A DNA stretch of 64,000 nucleotides from Anthoceros angustus (GCA_010909165.1 MU008190.1:531166-595165); one strand, 5' to 3'. Positions 1 to 14,700 are shown, counted from the first letter of the stretch. Notes: generated by a model from the sequence alone, not told the origin. Translations and numbers: made by a program.

Positions 1-119
1 CTCCACTTGCAGCCCTCCACTGCTCACCCTTGAGGAGCATTCCAGCCTCCTCCTCGCCCCCTGGCGCCCTTTTATCCCTCGGATTTCCAGTTGTCCTGCT
101 GCGCCTTTCACAACGCTCC

Positions 120-3100
120 CTTCTTGCTCATTTGACCTCTGCTGGCAGCAAGGCTTGCTGATCAATCCTTAGGCCGTCTACAACATGCTCACGTCCTCCC
201 CTTGACCCAGCCGTGGCAACCAACTCCTCGTCGGAAATCGGTCATCTGTGGCCTCAAGTCGCTCTCCGGTTTCTGAAAATGAAACCATTCTCATGCTCTT
301 CTGCACCTTCTTAAACTCTACCATCTCCTCTACACTTAGAAATCTTCACCACCTTACCACATTCTAGCTCTAATTTTTCTATGACACATGGATCTACATG
401 TGTTCCTCTAACTCCTTCCTTTGTTTCCCAACTTTTATCAAGAAAGGTCATACCATAGGCCTTGCTTTTGCGAAGGCTACATCCTTGGTGGCCGTGGTGG
501 TACTCTCTCCTCTATGTAATCATACAAAGACTCCCTCCTCTTCCTTCTGAGTCCTCAACGGACCAACGCGTGTGATGTGCATAGCTTAAGCCACAAAACC
601 GGTTCAAAGATACAGCTCTCAAATCATCCCAATCCAATGGTGATGCAGCTCCATCGTGTGACTATACCACTGCTGGCATGACCTCAAGTACTCTAGGAAA
701 ATTTGAGACAATCCACGAGACTTCCAAATTCGCATGAGTCACATGTTCAAAGTTTGCACAAAAGCCTCACATCTTCACCTTGTTTCTTCTCCCAAATCTC
801 CCATATTGGCGGGGTGACCGACTTCCACCACCTCCACTTCCTCCACTCATGGTTGAGGCGTCCACAAAAGCTGGGCACACCTCCCAAGAATTCCCTGCAC
901 ATCTGGCGTAACAAATGCTGCAAGCGGGATGTACTATACAGACTTGGGCACACAAGCGCCTCAGTCCTCTTAACAAGCAAGGTTGAAAGGGCAGCAAGAT
1001 GGGCTAATTGATCAAGACCTTGCGGCTCGGCCATTAGATCTCGTACCCCAACTTCTCCGCCAAATCTCACCCTCTTGCCTTCCTCCTCTTGACGACCAAC
1101 TCGAGCTAGAAGAGCTCAACAATCCACGAAAAAAGTCCTCCTCTTGCAAGAGCGGAAGATGTACCTTGGAAATTATTAACGTGGCTCGGTTCTTGACCCT
1201 CACCCTTGATCGCAACTCCTCGGCAACAACCTCCTTCCTCTCGCTGTCCGTGAGCACAACCTCCTCTTGCTCTTAGACAACTACCTCTTCTTCCTCAACG
1301 GAACCCTTGAAGATGTTAGCACATGTAGCTTCCTCAGAGCTCTCTCCTCCACTTCTTCCTTTGCACATCAGCAACTAAGCTTTCTTCACACATGATTTCT
1401 CCATTCAGTTCACAAATCCCTTGCAGACAAAGGCGGGGTGATCTCCTCTCAACTCCTACACGAAATTACTTCCTCCCTCCCGACTAGACTTGCAAGCAAG
1501 CACGCTCACACCCCTCAACACACAACTATCCAAAACAGCAAATCCCCTCCTACTCCTGTTCCACTCATGTTGCTTGGTCCGGATGAGCTAGGCGAACTCA
1601 CACTCCCTTCCTCTCCTGCAGTAAATTCTCCAACCAAAGTTCTCTGCAGAAGGGTGTCTGCACAAAGATTGGGGCGGTTGTGGGATGGTGTCTCCCTAGG
1701 TGTGCGTCCCAAGGCGTGAGCTGGCGGTGATTCTATCAAGGCGCTCAAGATCTTGAGACCATGCACAAATTCTCACGCTCACCCTCCTTCTTCACTCTTT
1801 TGCTTGGAGTTGAGCTAGATCCACCACTCAAGGTCCAGCGTTGAGAAGGCCCGTGCTGGTAGCTGAACTTGAATCGTGCTCGAAGCGGTGCTTCCTCCTC
1901 GCTTTCCTCTTCACATACCAACTCCTCTTCAACCACCTCCTTTGTTTGTCGGTGATTTTGGCGTCCCCTTCTCGAGCGTTTTCTGGATCACTTGGCTCCC
2001 CTTGTAGGCAAGGGCAAAACGGCCTCCTCCTCAAGCGCCCTTAGCTCTTCCTCCTCCCGGAGCGTGCAACCACTGCGTTTTCCTCCCTCCATTGATTTCT
2101 TCTTGCTCATTTGACCTCTCTGCTGGCAGCAAGGCTGATCAATCCTTAGGCCGTCTACAACATGCTCACGTCCTCCTCCTTCCCCCAGGCCGTGGCAACC
2201 AACTCCTCGTCGGAAATCGGTCATCTGTGGCCTCAAGTCGCTCTCCGGTTTTCTCGAAAAATGAAACGCATTCTCATGCTCTTCCTGCACCTTCTTAAAC
2301 TCTACCATCTCCTCTACACTTAGAAATCTTCACCACCTTACCACATTCTAGCTCTAATTTTTCTATGGCACATGGATCTACATGTGTTCCTCTAACTCCT
2401 TCCTACCTTGTTTCTTCTCCCAACTTTTATCAAGAAAGGTCATACCATAGGCCTTGCTTTTGCGCTACATCCTTGGTGGCCGTGGTGGTACTCTCTCCTC
2501 TATGTAATCATACAAAGACTCCCTCCTCTTCCTTCTGAGTCCTCAACGGACCAACGTGTGATGTGCATAGCTTAAGCCACAAAACCGGTTCAAAGATACA
2601 GCTCTCAAATCATCCCAATCCAATGGTGATGCAGCTCCATCGTGTGACTATACCACTGCTGGCATGACCTCGAAGTACTCTAGGAAAATTTGGAGACAAT
2701 CCACATGAGACTTCCAAATTCATGAGTCACATGTTCAAAGTTTGCACAAAAGCCTCACATCTTCACCTTGTTTCTTCTCCCAAATCTCCCATATTGCTGG
2801 CGGTGGGGTGACTTCCACCACCTCCTTCCTCCACTCATGGTTGAGGCGTCCACAAAAGCTGGGCACACCTCCCAGCAATTCCACACCTGCTAACAAATGC
2901 TGCAAGCGGGATGTACTATACAGACTTGGGCACACAAGCGCCTCAGTCCTCTTAACAAGCAAGGTTGAAAGGGCAGCAAGATGGGCTAATTGATCAAGAC
3001 CTTGCGGCTCGGCCATTAGATCTCGTACCCCAACTTCTCCACGCCAAATCTCACCCTCTTGCCTTCCTCCTCTTACGACGACCAACTCGAGCTAGAAGAG

Positions 3101-4090
3101 CTCAACAATCCACGAAAATCCTCCTCTTGCAAACGGAAGATGTACCTTGGAAATTATTCGGCGGCTCAGTTCTTGACCCTCACCCTTGATCAGCAACTCC
3201 TCGGCAACAACCTCCTTCCTCTCGCTGTCCGTGAGCACAACCTCCTCTTGCTCTTAGACAACTACCTCTTCTTCCTCAACGGAACCCTTGAAGATGTTAG
3301 CACATGTAGCTTCCTCCAAGAGCTCTCTCCTCCACTTCTTCCTTTGCACATCAGCAACTAAGCTTTCTTCACACATGATTTCTCCATTCAGTTCACAAAT
3401 CCCTTGCGAGACAAAGGCGGGGTGATCTCCTCTCAACTCCTACAGTACTTCCTCCCTCCCAGGCTAGACTTCCAAGCACGCTCACCCCTCAACACACAAC
3501 TATCCAAAACAGCAAATCCCCTCCTACTCCTGTTCCACTCATGTTGCTTGGTCCGGATGAGCTAGGCGAACTCACACTCCCTTCCTCTCCTGCAGTAAAT
3601 TCTCCAACCAAAGTTCTCTGCAGAAGGGTGTCTGCACAAAGATTGGGGCGGTTGTGGGATGGTGTCTCCCTAGGTGTGCGTCCCAAGCAAGGTGAGCGGT
3701 GATTCTATCAAGGCGCTCCATAAGATCTTGAGACCATGCGAAATTCTCCACTCACCCCTCCTCCTCCTTCACTTTCTTTCGCTTGAGTTGAGCTAGATCC
3801 ACCACTCGAAGGTCCAGCGTTGAGAAGGCCCGTGCTGGTAGCTGAACTTGAATCGTGCTCGAAGCGGTGCTTCCTCCTCGCTTTCCTCTTCACATACCAA
3901 CTCTTCTTCAACCACCTCCTTTGTTTCGCTGTCGGTGATTTCGACGTCCCCTTCTCGAGCGTTTTCTGGATCACTTGGCTCCCCTTGTAGGCAAGGGCAA
4001 AACGGCCTCCTCCTCAAGCGCCCTTAGCTCTTCCTCCTCCACAGGAGCGTGCAACCACTGCGTTTTCCTCCCTCCATTGATTTCTTCTTG
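120..4090 (-). repeat. ~2 kb direct duplication of the deleted internal region (~120-2105 vs ~2100-4090)
   Basis: Near-identical blocks joined at ~2100 over the microhomology TTCTTGC. May be an assembly artefact. Confidence 0.75.
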
Positions 4091-4399
4091 CAGCTCTTAG
4101 ATCTCTTGCGATGTGGGGTGACCTCCTATGGTTTTCTCCTCTCCCTCCTCGCTAGACATCTGCAAGCATCCTCATAGCCTCCAAAACACGGTTGTTAAAG
4201 AAAAATCAGCCAACCGCCATCGCCATTCTTGCTGCGGGAACACAAAATCACATCATTCGGAGGCGTGGAGCTCCTCCTTCACAACGCACAGGTTCCAGGA
4301 CGTGTAGGCTTCTTCCTAGACCCCGCTCCACCTCCTTACAAGATCTTCTCAGCTCATCGCAAGCTAGCAAAATCTCAAAATTTCAATGTCACCCACAAG

Positions 4400-4413
4400 T
4401 CCCGACAGCGCCA
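4400..4413 (-). other. Primer-binding site (tRNA-Asp type, degenerate)
   Basis: Minus strand TTTT-TGGCGCTGTCGGGA directly after the LTR end, matching the intact PBS at 38630. Confidence 0.75.
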
Positions 4414-5546
4414 AAAATGTGGGAGGAAAACCCGGGGCACTCCGAGATTCCCCTCTAGCGGCCACACTTATCCCACCGTCGACGTTGGGTTTCGTCCCAT
4501 GAGACTTGGGGAACGGTCAATCTTGAGAAATCCGTCACTACTGCAGCTACACACTACCTCAGCCTTCTAAACAAGCAAGGCGCCCTCTCACGCTCCCTCT
4601 ACAGTCGCCCGTCGCCGTAAACTCACCAAACCTCAACCTACAACGACACCACACAATTGCAGTTCGTCTTAACAGGTGTCTATCACGGGCGCCAGGACCC
4701 CGACCCACACCGCAACCGTCCCTACTCCTAAGACACTCTTCTCCAGAGGCGCCCTCTTACTTGCAGTTGGGATTCGTCCCTTAGGCTCTGTGGCCTTAGT
4801 TTTCCTACACTCTAATCCTCCTCACAACTCTCTCAATCAACAACGCCCTCTTCTTCTCTACTCATCTACCCTTCCTTCCTCCACAATCTCCTACTCTAAC
4901 ACCAATTCTTGGCTCATTAATTCCAACTCGCCCTTACGGCTGGCTGCACAGGGTCCGTCCAGGAAATTGAGTTCTTCCTTGGGCGGTTGCTATGTGGTTT
5001 GCAGACAGCGAGAACCTCCGAGTCTTCCCAGTCTACCCTCAAGCCGAGAGTTCCTTGAGCATCGCCACACACTCAAAGCAAAACAATTCACACAACCATT
5101 CACAAGGGAGGCGTGGAGCTCCTCCTCTAAAGAAAAAGAGCAAGCCCTCCACCCGGCACTCCGACCGCGTTCTCCTCTCTACCGGACCTGCGTTGGCTTG
5201 CGGCCACGAAATTCTGCACAAAGTGAAGGACTCGGGAGGATGGGAGCGCAAGACACGATAATTTTACTTCACAAGCTCCTCCTTTTATAGGGAGGTCCTC
5301 ACATACAGCCTCCACAGCGCCCTCCTGGCCGCCTTACTCCTTATTTTAGTGTATCCTCTCGGACTTTAAGTTCGACATCCAAGCATCTTGGGTAAAATTC
5401 TATTCTAGCAAATTCACCTATGTGAGCCTTAATGGCTCTGTCAACATTCCTATCTAGCTAGTCAACACACTCTCGGGTGACAAGCATTAATGCTCCTCCT
5501 CTAAAGAAAAGTCTTCCCAAGTGGCATCTTGCCCCATGTCTTCAAG

Positions 5547-8500
5547 CTAATTTAAGGACTTCTTATGAATCCCTTCCTTATCTTGATGCCTATCTTGAGT
5601 TCCTTCCTCCAATAAAATAGCCGGGCTCTCTTAGCCTTGGCTCATCCTCGACTTCTCCTCTTCCTCTCACTTGTGGAGCAAGTGAGCTCCTTCTGCACCC
5701 ATGTTAGGAGGTTGGTCTTCTCCTTGTGATTCTTGCTCCATTCTGCAAGATCAACCCCTCTTCCTTCTTTCTGCAAGGGCCAAGGTACTCGCCTCCCTTG
5801 CCGTCAAATCCATGCTAGCAACCTTGAATCTGCCTTCCGGCCCTCCTACCATGGTAGGACCTTCTCCTACCACGGTAGGAACTCCTCCTACTAGGGTAGG
5901 AGTTCCTACAGTCGTTTCTTCTTCCTTACCCCTTCACAGGGTGATTCTCTCCACTGAAGCTTCTCCCGCTTCACTGCTTCTCCAGTGCGAGTTCTTCACC
6001 CTGCTTGGGACACTCTCCAAGTCCAAGGCTTCCGGTTGGACTTGCATGAGGGCCTCCCTATCATCATCATGAGGTCCCAACATCCTCCTCTCAGCAAGTC
6101 GCAACAACTCGCTAGTTGCCTTGAGCACCTTGTTGTGAAGATGGGCTGCAAATCGTTGTTGTGCCATCTCCAATTCTTCGTAATCCTCAAGCCATACTCC
6201 ATGCTCATACTTGCTTTTGTAAGCATCTCGCTCCAGGACATGGAGAGCCACATTCTCCGTCCTTTCATTCTGCAGTTGGCGGATCAATCTCTCCTGTAGG
6301 GCATAATCAGCCCGAAATCTCTGCTCCCTCACCGCCAACATATGCTGCACCACCGCCTCATGACCTTCTCCTTTGCCATTTCTTCCTCCAACTCCCCTAT
6401 CCTCCTAGGGAGTTGTGCATTCTCCGTTCTTTGGACTTCTCGTTCCATTTCCAATCTTTGGACAAAATGTGTCCGTTCTTCCAGCTCTTCTTCCTTCAAT
6501 TCCAGCCTCGGATTTCTCCCAGCTCCTTTTCCATGTCACTAATCTTCACACTGTGTGGCTATGACCCGCTCATGTGCGCCTACTTGCCTTTGTCTGCCCT
6601 CATTCTGCGAGATTGCTCTCGTCTTGACCTTTCCTCCATTAGCAGCACTTGCTTGTCTTCCGCCTTCTTTTCCCATGCGCACCATGTGAGCAAGTTGCTC
6701 CACCTTCTCCTCTCGAGCTGCCAATTGCTTGGTAAGAGCCTTGTTCTCCGAATATGATTGTTTGCCTCAGCGCCTTGTTTCAAGACTCTTTTCCAAGTGC
6801 TCCACTTGAGCTTCCATCCTCATAACATCCTCCTTTGGGTTTCCGCTCGCCTACCGCAATTTCCCTTGCTTGGTAGGTCCTTGTCTTCCGCCTCCGTCTT
6901 CAAGAATTCAACTCTCCTCTTGGCGGCTCCTATCTACCTTGAACATCTCCCCTATGCGCAGCATCTCCTCCAACATGTCCAAGTCTCCTTTCTTACCTCC
7001 GGAGACTCAAGGCCTTTGCCTTGCTCATGGGATCTTACATCCCTTGCTTCCCTATGATGAGCTCCCGCTCATCACTTGGTGGGCAACTCCTCCCACCGTG
7101 ACTCCATCCGCTCGCCCACCTAGCAGGGGCCGGTTGCCTTCTTATCTCCTCTTGGGAGCTTCCAAACCGTGACTTCCTTTTCCCTCCTACCGTGGTAGGA
7201 GGTGCTCCAGTAGGACTACTTCCTACCGTGGTAGGACTACCCCGCCAGTAGGCCTTGTCATGAGAGGACGAAGGGGTCCCAAACCACTGGGAACACCTCC
7301 CACCCTCGCAGCGGGATTGCCATGGTAGGATCTATCCTACCTTCCATCTCCGCATCCTCCGCGGTCCAAACTTCAAATCCCCTACAACTTCTCCTTGCAA
7401 GTCCTCCTGCACCCATGTTAGGAGGTTGGTCTTCTCCTTGTGATTCTTGCTCCATTCTGCAAGATCAACCCCTCTTCCTTCTTTCTGCAAGGGCCAAGGT
7501 ACTCGCCTCCCTTGCCGTCAAATCCATGCTAGCAACCTTGAATCCGCTTCTTCTCCCTACCATGGTAGGACCTTCTCCTACCACGGTAGGAGTTCCTACC
7601 GTAGGAACTCCTCCTACCACGGTAGGAGTTCCTACCGTGGTAGGAGTTTCTTCTTCCTTACCCCTTCACAGGGTGATTCTCTCCACTGCGCTTCTCCTCT
7701 TCCTCTCACTTGCTCCACCTTCTCCTACCACGGTAGGAGTTTCTTCACCCCATTGCTTGGGACACTCTCCAAGTCTAAGGCTTCCGGTTGGACTTGCATG
7801 AGGGCCTCCCTATCATCGTCATGAGGTCCCAACATCCTCCTCTCAGCAAGTCGCAACAACTCGTTAGTGGCCTTGAGCACCTTGTTGTGAAGATGGGCTG
7901 CAAATCGTTGTTGTGCCATCTCCAATTCTTCGTAATCCTCAAGCCATACTCCATGCTCACACTTGCTTTTGTAAGCATCTCGCTCAAGGCCAGCTCACCG
8001 GTCTTGACATGGAGAGCCACATTCTCTCCTCTCATTCTGCGGTTGGCGGATCAATCTCTCTTGTAGGGCATAATCAGCCCGAAATCTCCTCCCTCACCGC
8101 CAACATATCTTGCACCGCCTCATGACGGCCTTTCTCCTTTGCCATTTCTTCCTCCAACTCCCTATCCTCCTAGGGAGTTGTGCACTCTCCGTTCTTTGGA
8201 CTTCGTTCCATTTCCAATCTTTGGACAAAATGTGTCCGTTCTTCCAGCTCTTCTTCCTTCAATTCCAGCCTCCGGGGATTTCTCCCAGCTCCTTTTCCAT
8301 GTCACTAATCTTCACTGTGTGGCTATGACCGCTCATGCGCCTACTTGCCTTTGTCTGCCCTCATTTGCTGAGATTGCTCTCGTCTTGACCTTTCCTCCAT
8401 TAGCAGCACTTGCCTTCTTTTCCATGTGCGCACCATGTGAGCAAGTTGCTCCACCTTCTCCTCTCGAGCTGCCAATTGCTTGGTAAGAGCCTTGTTCTCC

Positions 8501-10087
8501 GAATATGATGGTTTGTTTCTGTTGCCTGTCTCAAGACTCTTTTCCAAGTGCTCCACTTGAGCTTCCATCCTCATAACATCCTCCTGGGTTTCCGCTCGCC
8601 TACCGCAATTTCCCTTGCTTGGTAGGTCCTTGTCTTCCGCCTCCGTCTTCAAGAATTCAACTCTCCTCTTGGCGGCTCCTATCTACCTTGCTGAACATCT
8701 CCCCTATGCAGCATCTCCTCCAACATGTCTAAGTCTCCTTTCTTACCTCCGGAGACTCAAGGCCTTTGCCTTGCTCATGGGATCTTACATCCCTTGCTTC
8801 CCTATGATGAGCTCCCGCTCATCACTTGGTGGGCAACTCCTCCCACCGTGACTCCATCCGCTCGCCCACCTAGCAGGGGCCGGTTGCCTTCTTATCTCCT
8901 CTTGGGAGCTTCCAAACCGTGACTTCCTTTTCCCTCCTACCGTGGTAGGAGGTGCTCCAGTAGGACTACTTCCTACCGTGGTAGGACTACCCCGCCAGTA
9001 GGCCTTGTCATGAGAGGGCGAAGGGGTCCCAAACCACTGGGAACACCTCCCACCCTCGCAGCGGGATTGCCATGGTAGGATCTATCCTACCTTCCATCTC
9101 CGCATCCTCCGCGGTCCAAACTTCAAATCCCCTACAACTTCTCCTTGCAAGTCCTCCTGCATCCTCGGCCTATCTTTGGAGGATTCCTTCCGCAATAATG
9201 TCCGGTGGTGCTGGCACCTCCTTTAGCGCAAAGCACCAAGCACTCCTGTCCCTCTCACGTAAGTAAGTACACAATGTTAAAGGGATGCTTGGAATCATCC
9301 AACTCCTTACTTGTGAGTAGCCCTCTACTTCCCACAAATGCACTAGATAAGTGCTAAGATAGCATGGCCTTGTGTCTTCATCCGACGCGTTGGGTTTGAC
9401 AACTTTTCCGGTGGTAGGTGTATGCTTCATACATGATGAGCCCCAATCCGGCTTCGCTCCTTGAGTGATCTTCCATAGAAAATGGAGGAAGGTAGTGCTG
9501 AAATATGACACCCTTGGATTGCTCACCAAGCCCAAAACAATTCTTGTGAACAATCTCCACTTGGGCTCCAAGATTTGGTCCGTCGCCAACCGTTCTTGGA
9601 CTTAGCCTTCATGCCCCTTGCATAAGTGTAAGGGCTCCTTGGGAAGATCCGCCGTTGATGCACGCTTGCCTCCTCGTTCCTTCCATCAACGTGATTCCGC
9701 TATCCTCGCTCACGCCATATACAGCGTATGCTCCTTACAATCCAACACCGTGGATCCGTCCGTCGTTTCTATCCGGTAAGGCGGCCAATTCCTCTTCCGT
9801 CTGCTGCAAATTAGCAAAACACTCTCTATCAATTCAAGGTTGGTGTAAGACCAATGTCGCCCATACACCCACTCTAGCTGAATATTCTCCTCTGCTGCCC
9901 AAGGTCGAAAGTCGAAAGGTCTCTAGAGGATAGCTGGCTGCATAGCACGTAAATAAGGGCATGTCAAATTTCCACCCTCGGTCGATCCTCCCGCCTTAGA
10001 CCTCTTGCGCTCCTGCGCCACCTCCTTGGTGGACGCTCCTTCCTTAGCTACTACCTCCTTGCCCTTGGTCATGGTAGGCTTGGTCAT
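5547..10087 (-). pseudogene. Copy of the LTR (U3) ORF, frameshifted and partly duplicated
   Basis: MTKPTMTKGKEVV start at 10087; ORF fragments 9170..9589 and 5934..6353 match the 34653-37504 copy. Confidence 0.7.
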
Positions 10088-11262
10088 GGCCTCCTTGGTT
10101 AGTACTTGCACGAAATTGAAGAAAAGTGATGCCTCTCCGCAATTCCTGCTCCACCGACTTCTTATCCTTGCAAACGTTTCTCCTCCTCGTGATTTGCTCT
10201 TGCTCACAGCTCAAAGGTCCTTGCCCTTGCTCTCCTCCTGCAGTCCTTACACCTTGGTCCTCAAAACCCCGATTTCTCCTGCAGAAAGCTCACCAAAATT
10301 CTCCCGGACTCTTACACCGCCACTTTAGGAGCCCTTCCTGCACGGTTTCCTAGCAATCTTGCCACGCTCCACCCTCCTAGGCACCCTCACGAGCTTGGCA
10401 AGTGTTGGGTTCGCCCCAACCTTCTTCTCCTTCTCTTCTTCCTCAATTCCTCCTTCTTCCTCTCTTGGGCGCTGGCGGACTTCCACCTCCTTGCCCTTGC
10501 TCTCCTCCTTCTTCTCCTTGCAAGTCCTCCTGCAGTCCTTACACCTTGGTCCTACAACTTCTCCTTGCAAACGTTTCTCCTACGGTGGTAGGAGTTTCTC
10601 CTACCATGGTAGGATCTCTCCTACCATGGTAGGAGTTTCTCCTCCTGCAGTCCTTACACCTTGGTCCTTGCCCTTGGATTGCTCACCAAACCATTTCTAG
10701 CAATCTTGCCACGCTCCACCCTCCTAGGCACCCTCACGAGCTTGGCAAGTGTTGGGTTCGCCCCAACCTTCTTCTCCTTCTCTTTCTCTTTTCCTCCTTC
10801 TTCCTCTCTTGGGCGCTGGCGGACTTCCACCTCCTTGCCCTTGCTCTCCTCCTCCTCCTCCTCAACATGGCGTGTAGCGCGTTGCTGTATGGGGCCTTGG
10901 GCAGCTTGAGGTGTGGCGGCGCCTTCTGCTGTGGTAGGAGTTTCTCCTCCTCAAGTTTACGAGTTGTGGCCTCCTGCGGGCACTGCGACCACTTTTATAA
11001 GTCACCCAAGGGTTAGAAAAGTAACTACCATTCTATCCTGCCCTTGGATGTGTGCCACGTGGCCCTTTCTCACCGTTGATGTTAGTTTCCTAATTCCTTA
11101 TACTAAAATACCATTTCCCTATTTTCTAATTTCTAATTACTGAAAATTAGCCTCTAATTTCTTAATTACCTATTTTGGCCTATTTATCTAGTCCACTAAA
11201 AGACTCTATATATAGCAAGCCTATCCTGCCTAAAACATAAGCTACTTTCCTTAGAAACCTAT

Positions 11263-11515
11263 CTCCTACCGTGGTAGGACATCCTCCTACCATGGTAGGC
11301 GTTTTCCCTTTCTCCTACCACGGTAGGAGTTACTCCTACGGCGGTAGGATACCTTCCTACCCTCTCCTACCATGGTAGGAGCTATTCCTACACTGGTAGG
11401 TGATCAAAACACTAGCAGGGTCATTCTCCTACGGTGGTAGGATCTCTCCTACCCTCGTCTACCATGGTAGGAGTTTCTCCTACGGTGGTAGGACACCTCC
11501 TACCACTCATGTAGG
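11263..11515. repeat. Array of CCTACC(AT/AC/GT)GGTAGG palindromes near the LTR 5' end
   Basis: About 10 perfect or degenerate palindromic units visible directly. Confidence 0.85.
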
Positions 11516-11726
11516 TTACCTTTTCTCCTCACCAAGGTCGTTTTGACCCGTTTCTTTTTCCCTGCATATCCTCTCTGCCTTCCCGACATGGTCCTACAAC
11601 TCCCGCTCAAAAAGGAGCAAAAATTTCCTTGCATGTCTTCACCAAACCATTTCTAGCAAAAGAGTGTGGGCCTGTTTCAAAACAAACTCATTTAAGCTTG
11701 TTGCCCAAACTTTTGCGTTCCACATA

Positions 11727-11737
11727 CTCCCCTCCTC
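11727..11737 (-). other. Polypurine tract GAGGAGGGGAG
   Basis: Lies 2 nt before the LTR start TGTGG on the minus strand; identical to the PPT at 46205. Confidence 0.9.
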
Positions 11738-14700
11738 ACCTGTTTGCGTCCTCGCAAACAACAGATACTTCGGGTTGAAGGTACTTCTTAACCTTCCACC
11801 CATTCACTCTAGTTGGCAAATCCCCATCCGACTTTCGTAATTGCGGATCCATTCTCATACACCGCCACCACCTCATAAGGTCCCATCCATCTCAACCTAA
11901 GCTTCCAGGAAGTCCATATAACGGCTATCATATAGAAGAACCAAATCCCGGCCATGATAGCTTCTTGCTTCCTCAACTTCCCATCATGCCTATCCTTTCT
12001 AAGCTCCAATTCACGAGTTTCTTCTAAAGCATCTTCCCTCGTTCCTCATGCTCTATGAAAGACTCTAGTCTAACTTCTACTATCCTGTCATGCTCATCCT
12101 CCATGATTCTATAGGTAGGTACTTCAAATTCCGCATCACGGAGACATGCCATATGTTAAATAATAAGAGGTCTTCTTGGTTGTCACCTTCTCGTCTCAGA
12201 AGCCCATAATGCCTGCATCTAAGATCTTCTTCACCGTGATTTACACTGAATAATGGCCTCCAACCTCTTACGCATGCAAAGCTTCTTTAAGAAGAAGCTT
12301 CCTTCCCTTCAAACAACGTCGGATCTTCTCATCCAAACCAAGCTTGTATAAGACCCCATCTCTTAGACAATAAGGCACAGCTCTAGGGAGAAAGACAGCA
12401 CGCCCTTCCCTAGACAAACTATCCAACATGATTCCGTGCTCCAAGAAATTTCATACCTCACCATTCAATAACATGGACATGGGAGTCCTTCACGTTCTAA
12501 TCTCCTCCTTCCACGCATACCACGTCGCCTCCTGCTAGCTCGCCCACCAGCAGCAGGGCGTTGTTCCATCCACAAATCCAGTTTCTCCCGCTTTGTCCAT
12601 CTGCAAGTTTTGAGCTGCGCCGTTGCATGCTCCTCCTCCAACAATGTTCGGATTTCTTCCATTCCTGCTGGTCTAGCCTCGTGTCCAGGTCCAGCTCGTG
12701 CTCCCATGGCGACCTCCTCTTGCCCCATGGCCACCTCATGAGTGATTTCCCATGAATCGCCATTTTCTTCTCTGTTTTTGCTCAAGCTTCTCATGGGATG
12801 CATCTCCTTCCTCGCCCTCTGCACCTACCTCCCTAGGGCCTTCTCCTCCTTGCGGCCCCATGGCGCTCCCATGGCGACCTCGCCAAGTGGGGCGCCTTTT
12901 CTTTTGGCACGCTCCCATATCCGCTTCTTTCTTTGCCAACGGCTGGCCTCCACTTGCAGCCTCCTGACTGCTCACCCTTGAGGAGCATTCCAGCCTCCTC
13001 CTCGCGCCCATACTGGCGCCCTTTTATCCTCTCGGTTTCCAGTTGTCCTGCTGCCCTTTCACAACGCTCCCTTCTTGCTCATTTGACCTCTCTGCTGGCA
13101 GCAAGGCTTGCTGATCAATCCTTAGGCCGTCTACAACATGCTCACGTCCTCCCCCTTCAACCCAGGCCGTGGCAACCAACTCCTCGTCAGAAAATCGGTC
13201 ATCTGTGGCCTCAAGTCGCTCTCCAGTTTTCAGTCGAAAAATGAAACCTGCATTCTCATGCTCTTCCCTGCACCTTCTTAAACTCTACCATCTCCTCTAC
13301 ACTTAGAAATCTTCACCACCTTACCACATTCTAGCTCTAATTTTTCTATGGCACATGGATCTACATGTGTTCCCTCTAACTCCTTCCTACTGTTTCCCAA
13401 CTTTATCAAGAAAGGTCATACCATAGGCCTTGCTTTTGCGAAGGCTACATCCTTGGTGGCGTGGTGGTACTCTCTCCTCTATGTAATCATACAAAGACTC
13501 CCTCCTCTTCCTTGAGTCCTCAACGGACCAACGTGTGATGTGCATAGCTTAAGCCACAAAACCGGTTCAAAGATACAGCTCTCAAATCATCCCAATCCAA
13601 TGGTGATGCAGCTCCATCGTGTGACTATACCTGCTGGGCATGACCTCAAGTACTCTAGGAAAATTTGGAGACAATCCACGAGACTTCCAAATTCGCATGA
13701 GTCACATGTTCAAAAGTTTGCACAAAAGCCTCATCATCTTCACCTTGTTCTTCTCCCCAAATCTCCCATATTGCGGGGTGGTGAGACTTCCACCACCTCC
13801 ACTTCCTCCACTCATGGTTGAGGCGTCCACAAAAGCGTGGGCACACCTCCCAAGCACACCGGGCGGAAACAAATGCTGCAAGCGGGATGTACTATACAGA
13901 CTTGGGCACACAAGCGCCTCGATCCTCTTAACAAGCAAGGTTGAAAGGGCAGCAAGATGGGCGATAATTGATCAAGACCTTGCAAACCTCACCATTAGAT
14001 CTCGTACCCCAACTTCTCCGCCAAATCTCACCCTCTTGCCTTCCTCCTCTTCGACGACCAACTCGAGCTAGAAGAGCTCAACAATCCACGCCAAAAATCC
14101 TCCTCTTGCAAGAGCGGAAGATGTACCTTGAAATTATTAACGGCTGATTCTTGACCCTCACCCTTGATCGGCAACTCCTCGGCAACAACCTCCTTCCTCT
14201 CGCTGTCCGTGAGCACAACCTCCTCTTGCTCTTAGACAACTACCTCTTCTTCCTCAACGGAACCCTTGAAGATGTTAGCACATGTAGCTTCCTCTGCAAG
14301 AGCTCTCTCCTCCGCTTCTTCCTTTGCACATTGTACAGCAGCAACTAAGCTTTCTTCACGCACATGATTTCTCCATTCAGCTCACAAATCCTTTGCAGAC
14401 AAAGGCAGGGGCGATCTCCTCTCAACTCCTGCACAAAAATTACTTCCTCCCCTCCCCCAACTAGACATTTGCAAGCACGCTCACACCCCTCAACACACAA
14501 CTATCCAAAACAGCAAATCCCCTCCTACTCCTGTTCCACTCATGTTGCTTGGTCCGGATGAGCTAGGCGAACTCACACTCCCTTCCTCTCCTGCAGTAAA
14601 TTCTCCAACCAAAGTTCTCTGCAGAAGGGTGTCTGCACAAAAGATTGGGGACGGTTGTGGGATGGTGTCTCCCTAGGTGTGCGTCCCAAGGCGAGCTGAG

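Larger units (their letters stand above)
4418..11724 (-). repeat. Gypsy LTR shared between two internal regions; enlarged by an internal ~1.7 kb duplication
   Basis: Starts TGTGGAACGC (11724) and ends CCTCCCACA (4418) on the minus strand. Colinear with 33395-38625. Block ~5693-7410 is repeated at ~7410-9160. Confidence 0.92.

Noticed and set aside
4192-10909. Many plus-strand Ser/Leu/Pro-rich ORFs in the ORF track
   Set aside because: They are antisense shadows of purine-rich minus-strand coding sequence and palindromes; most lack ATG starts.
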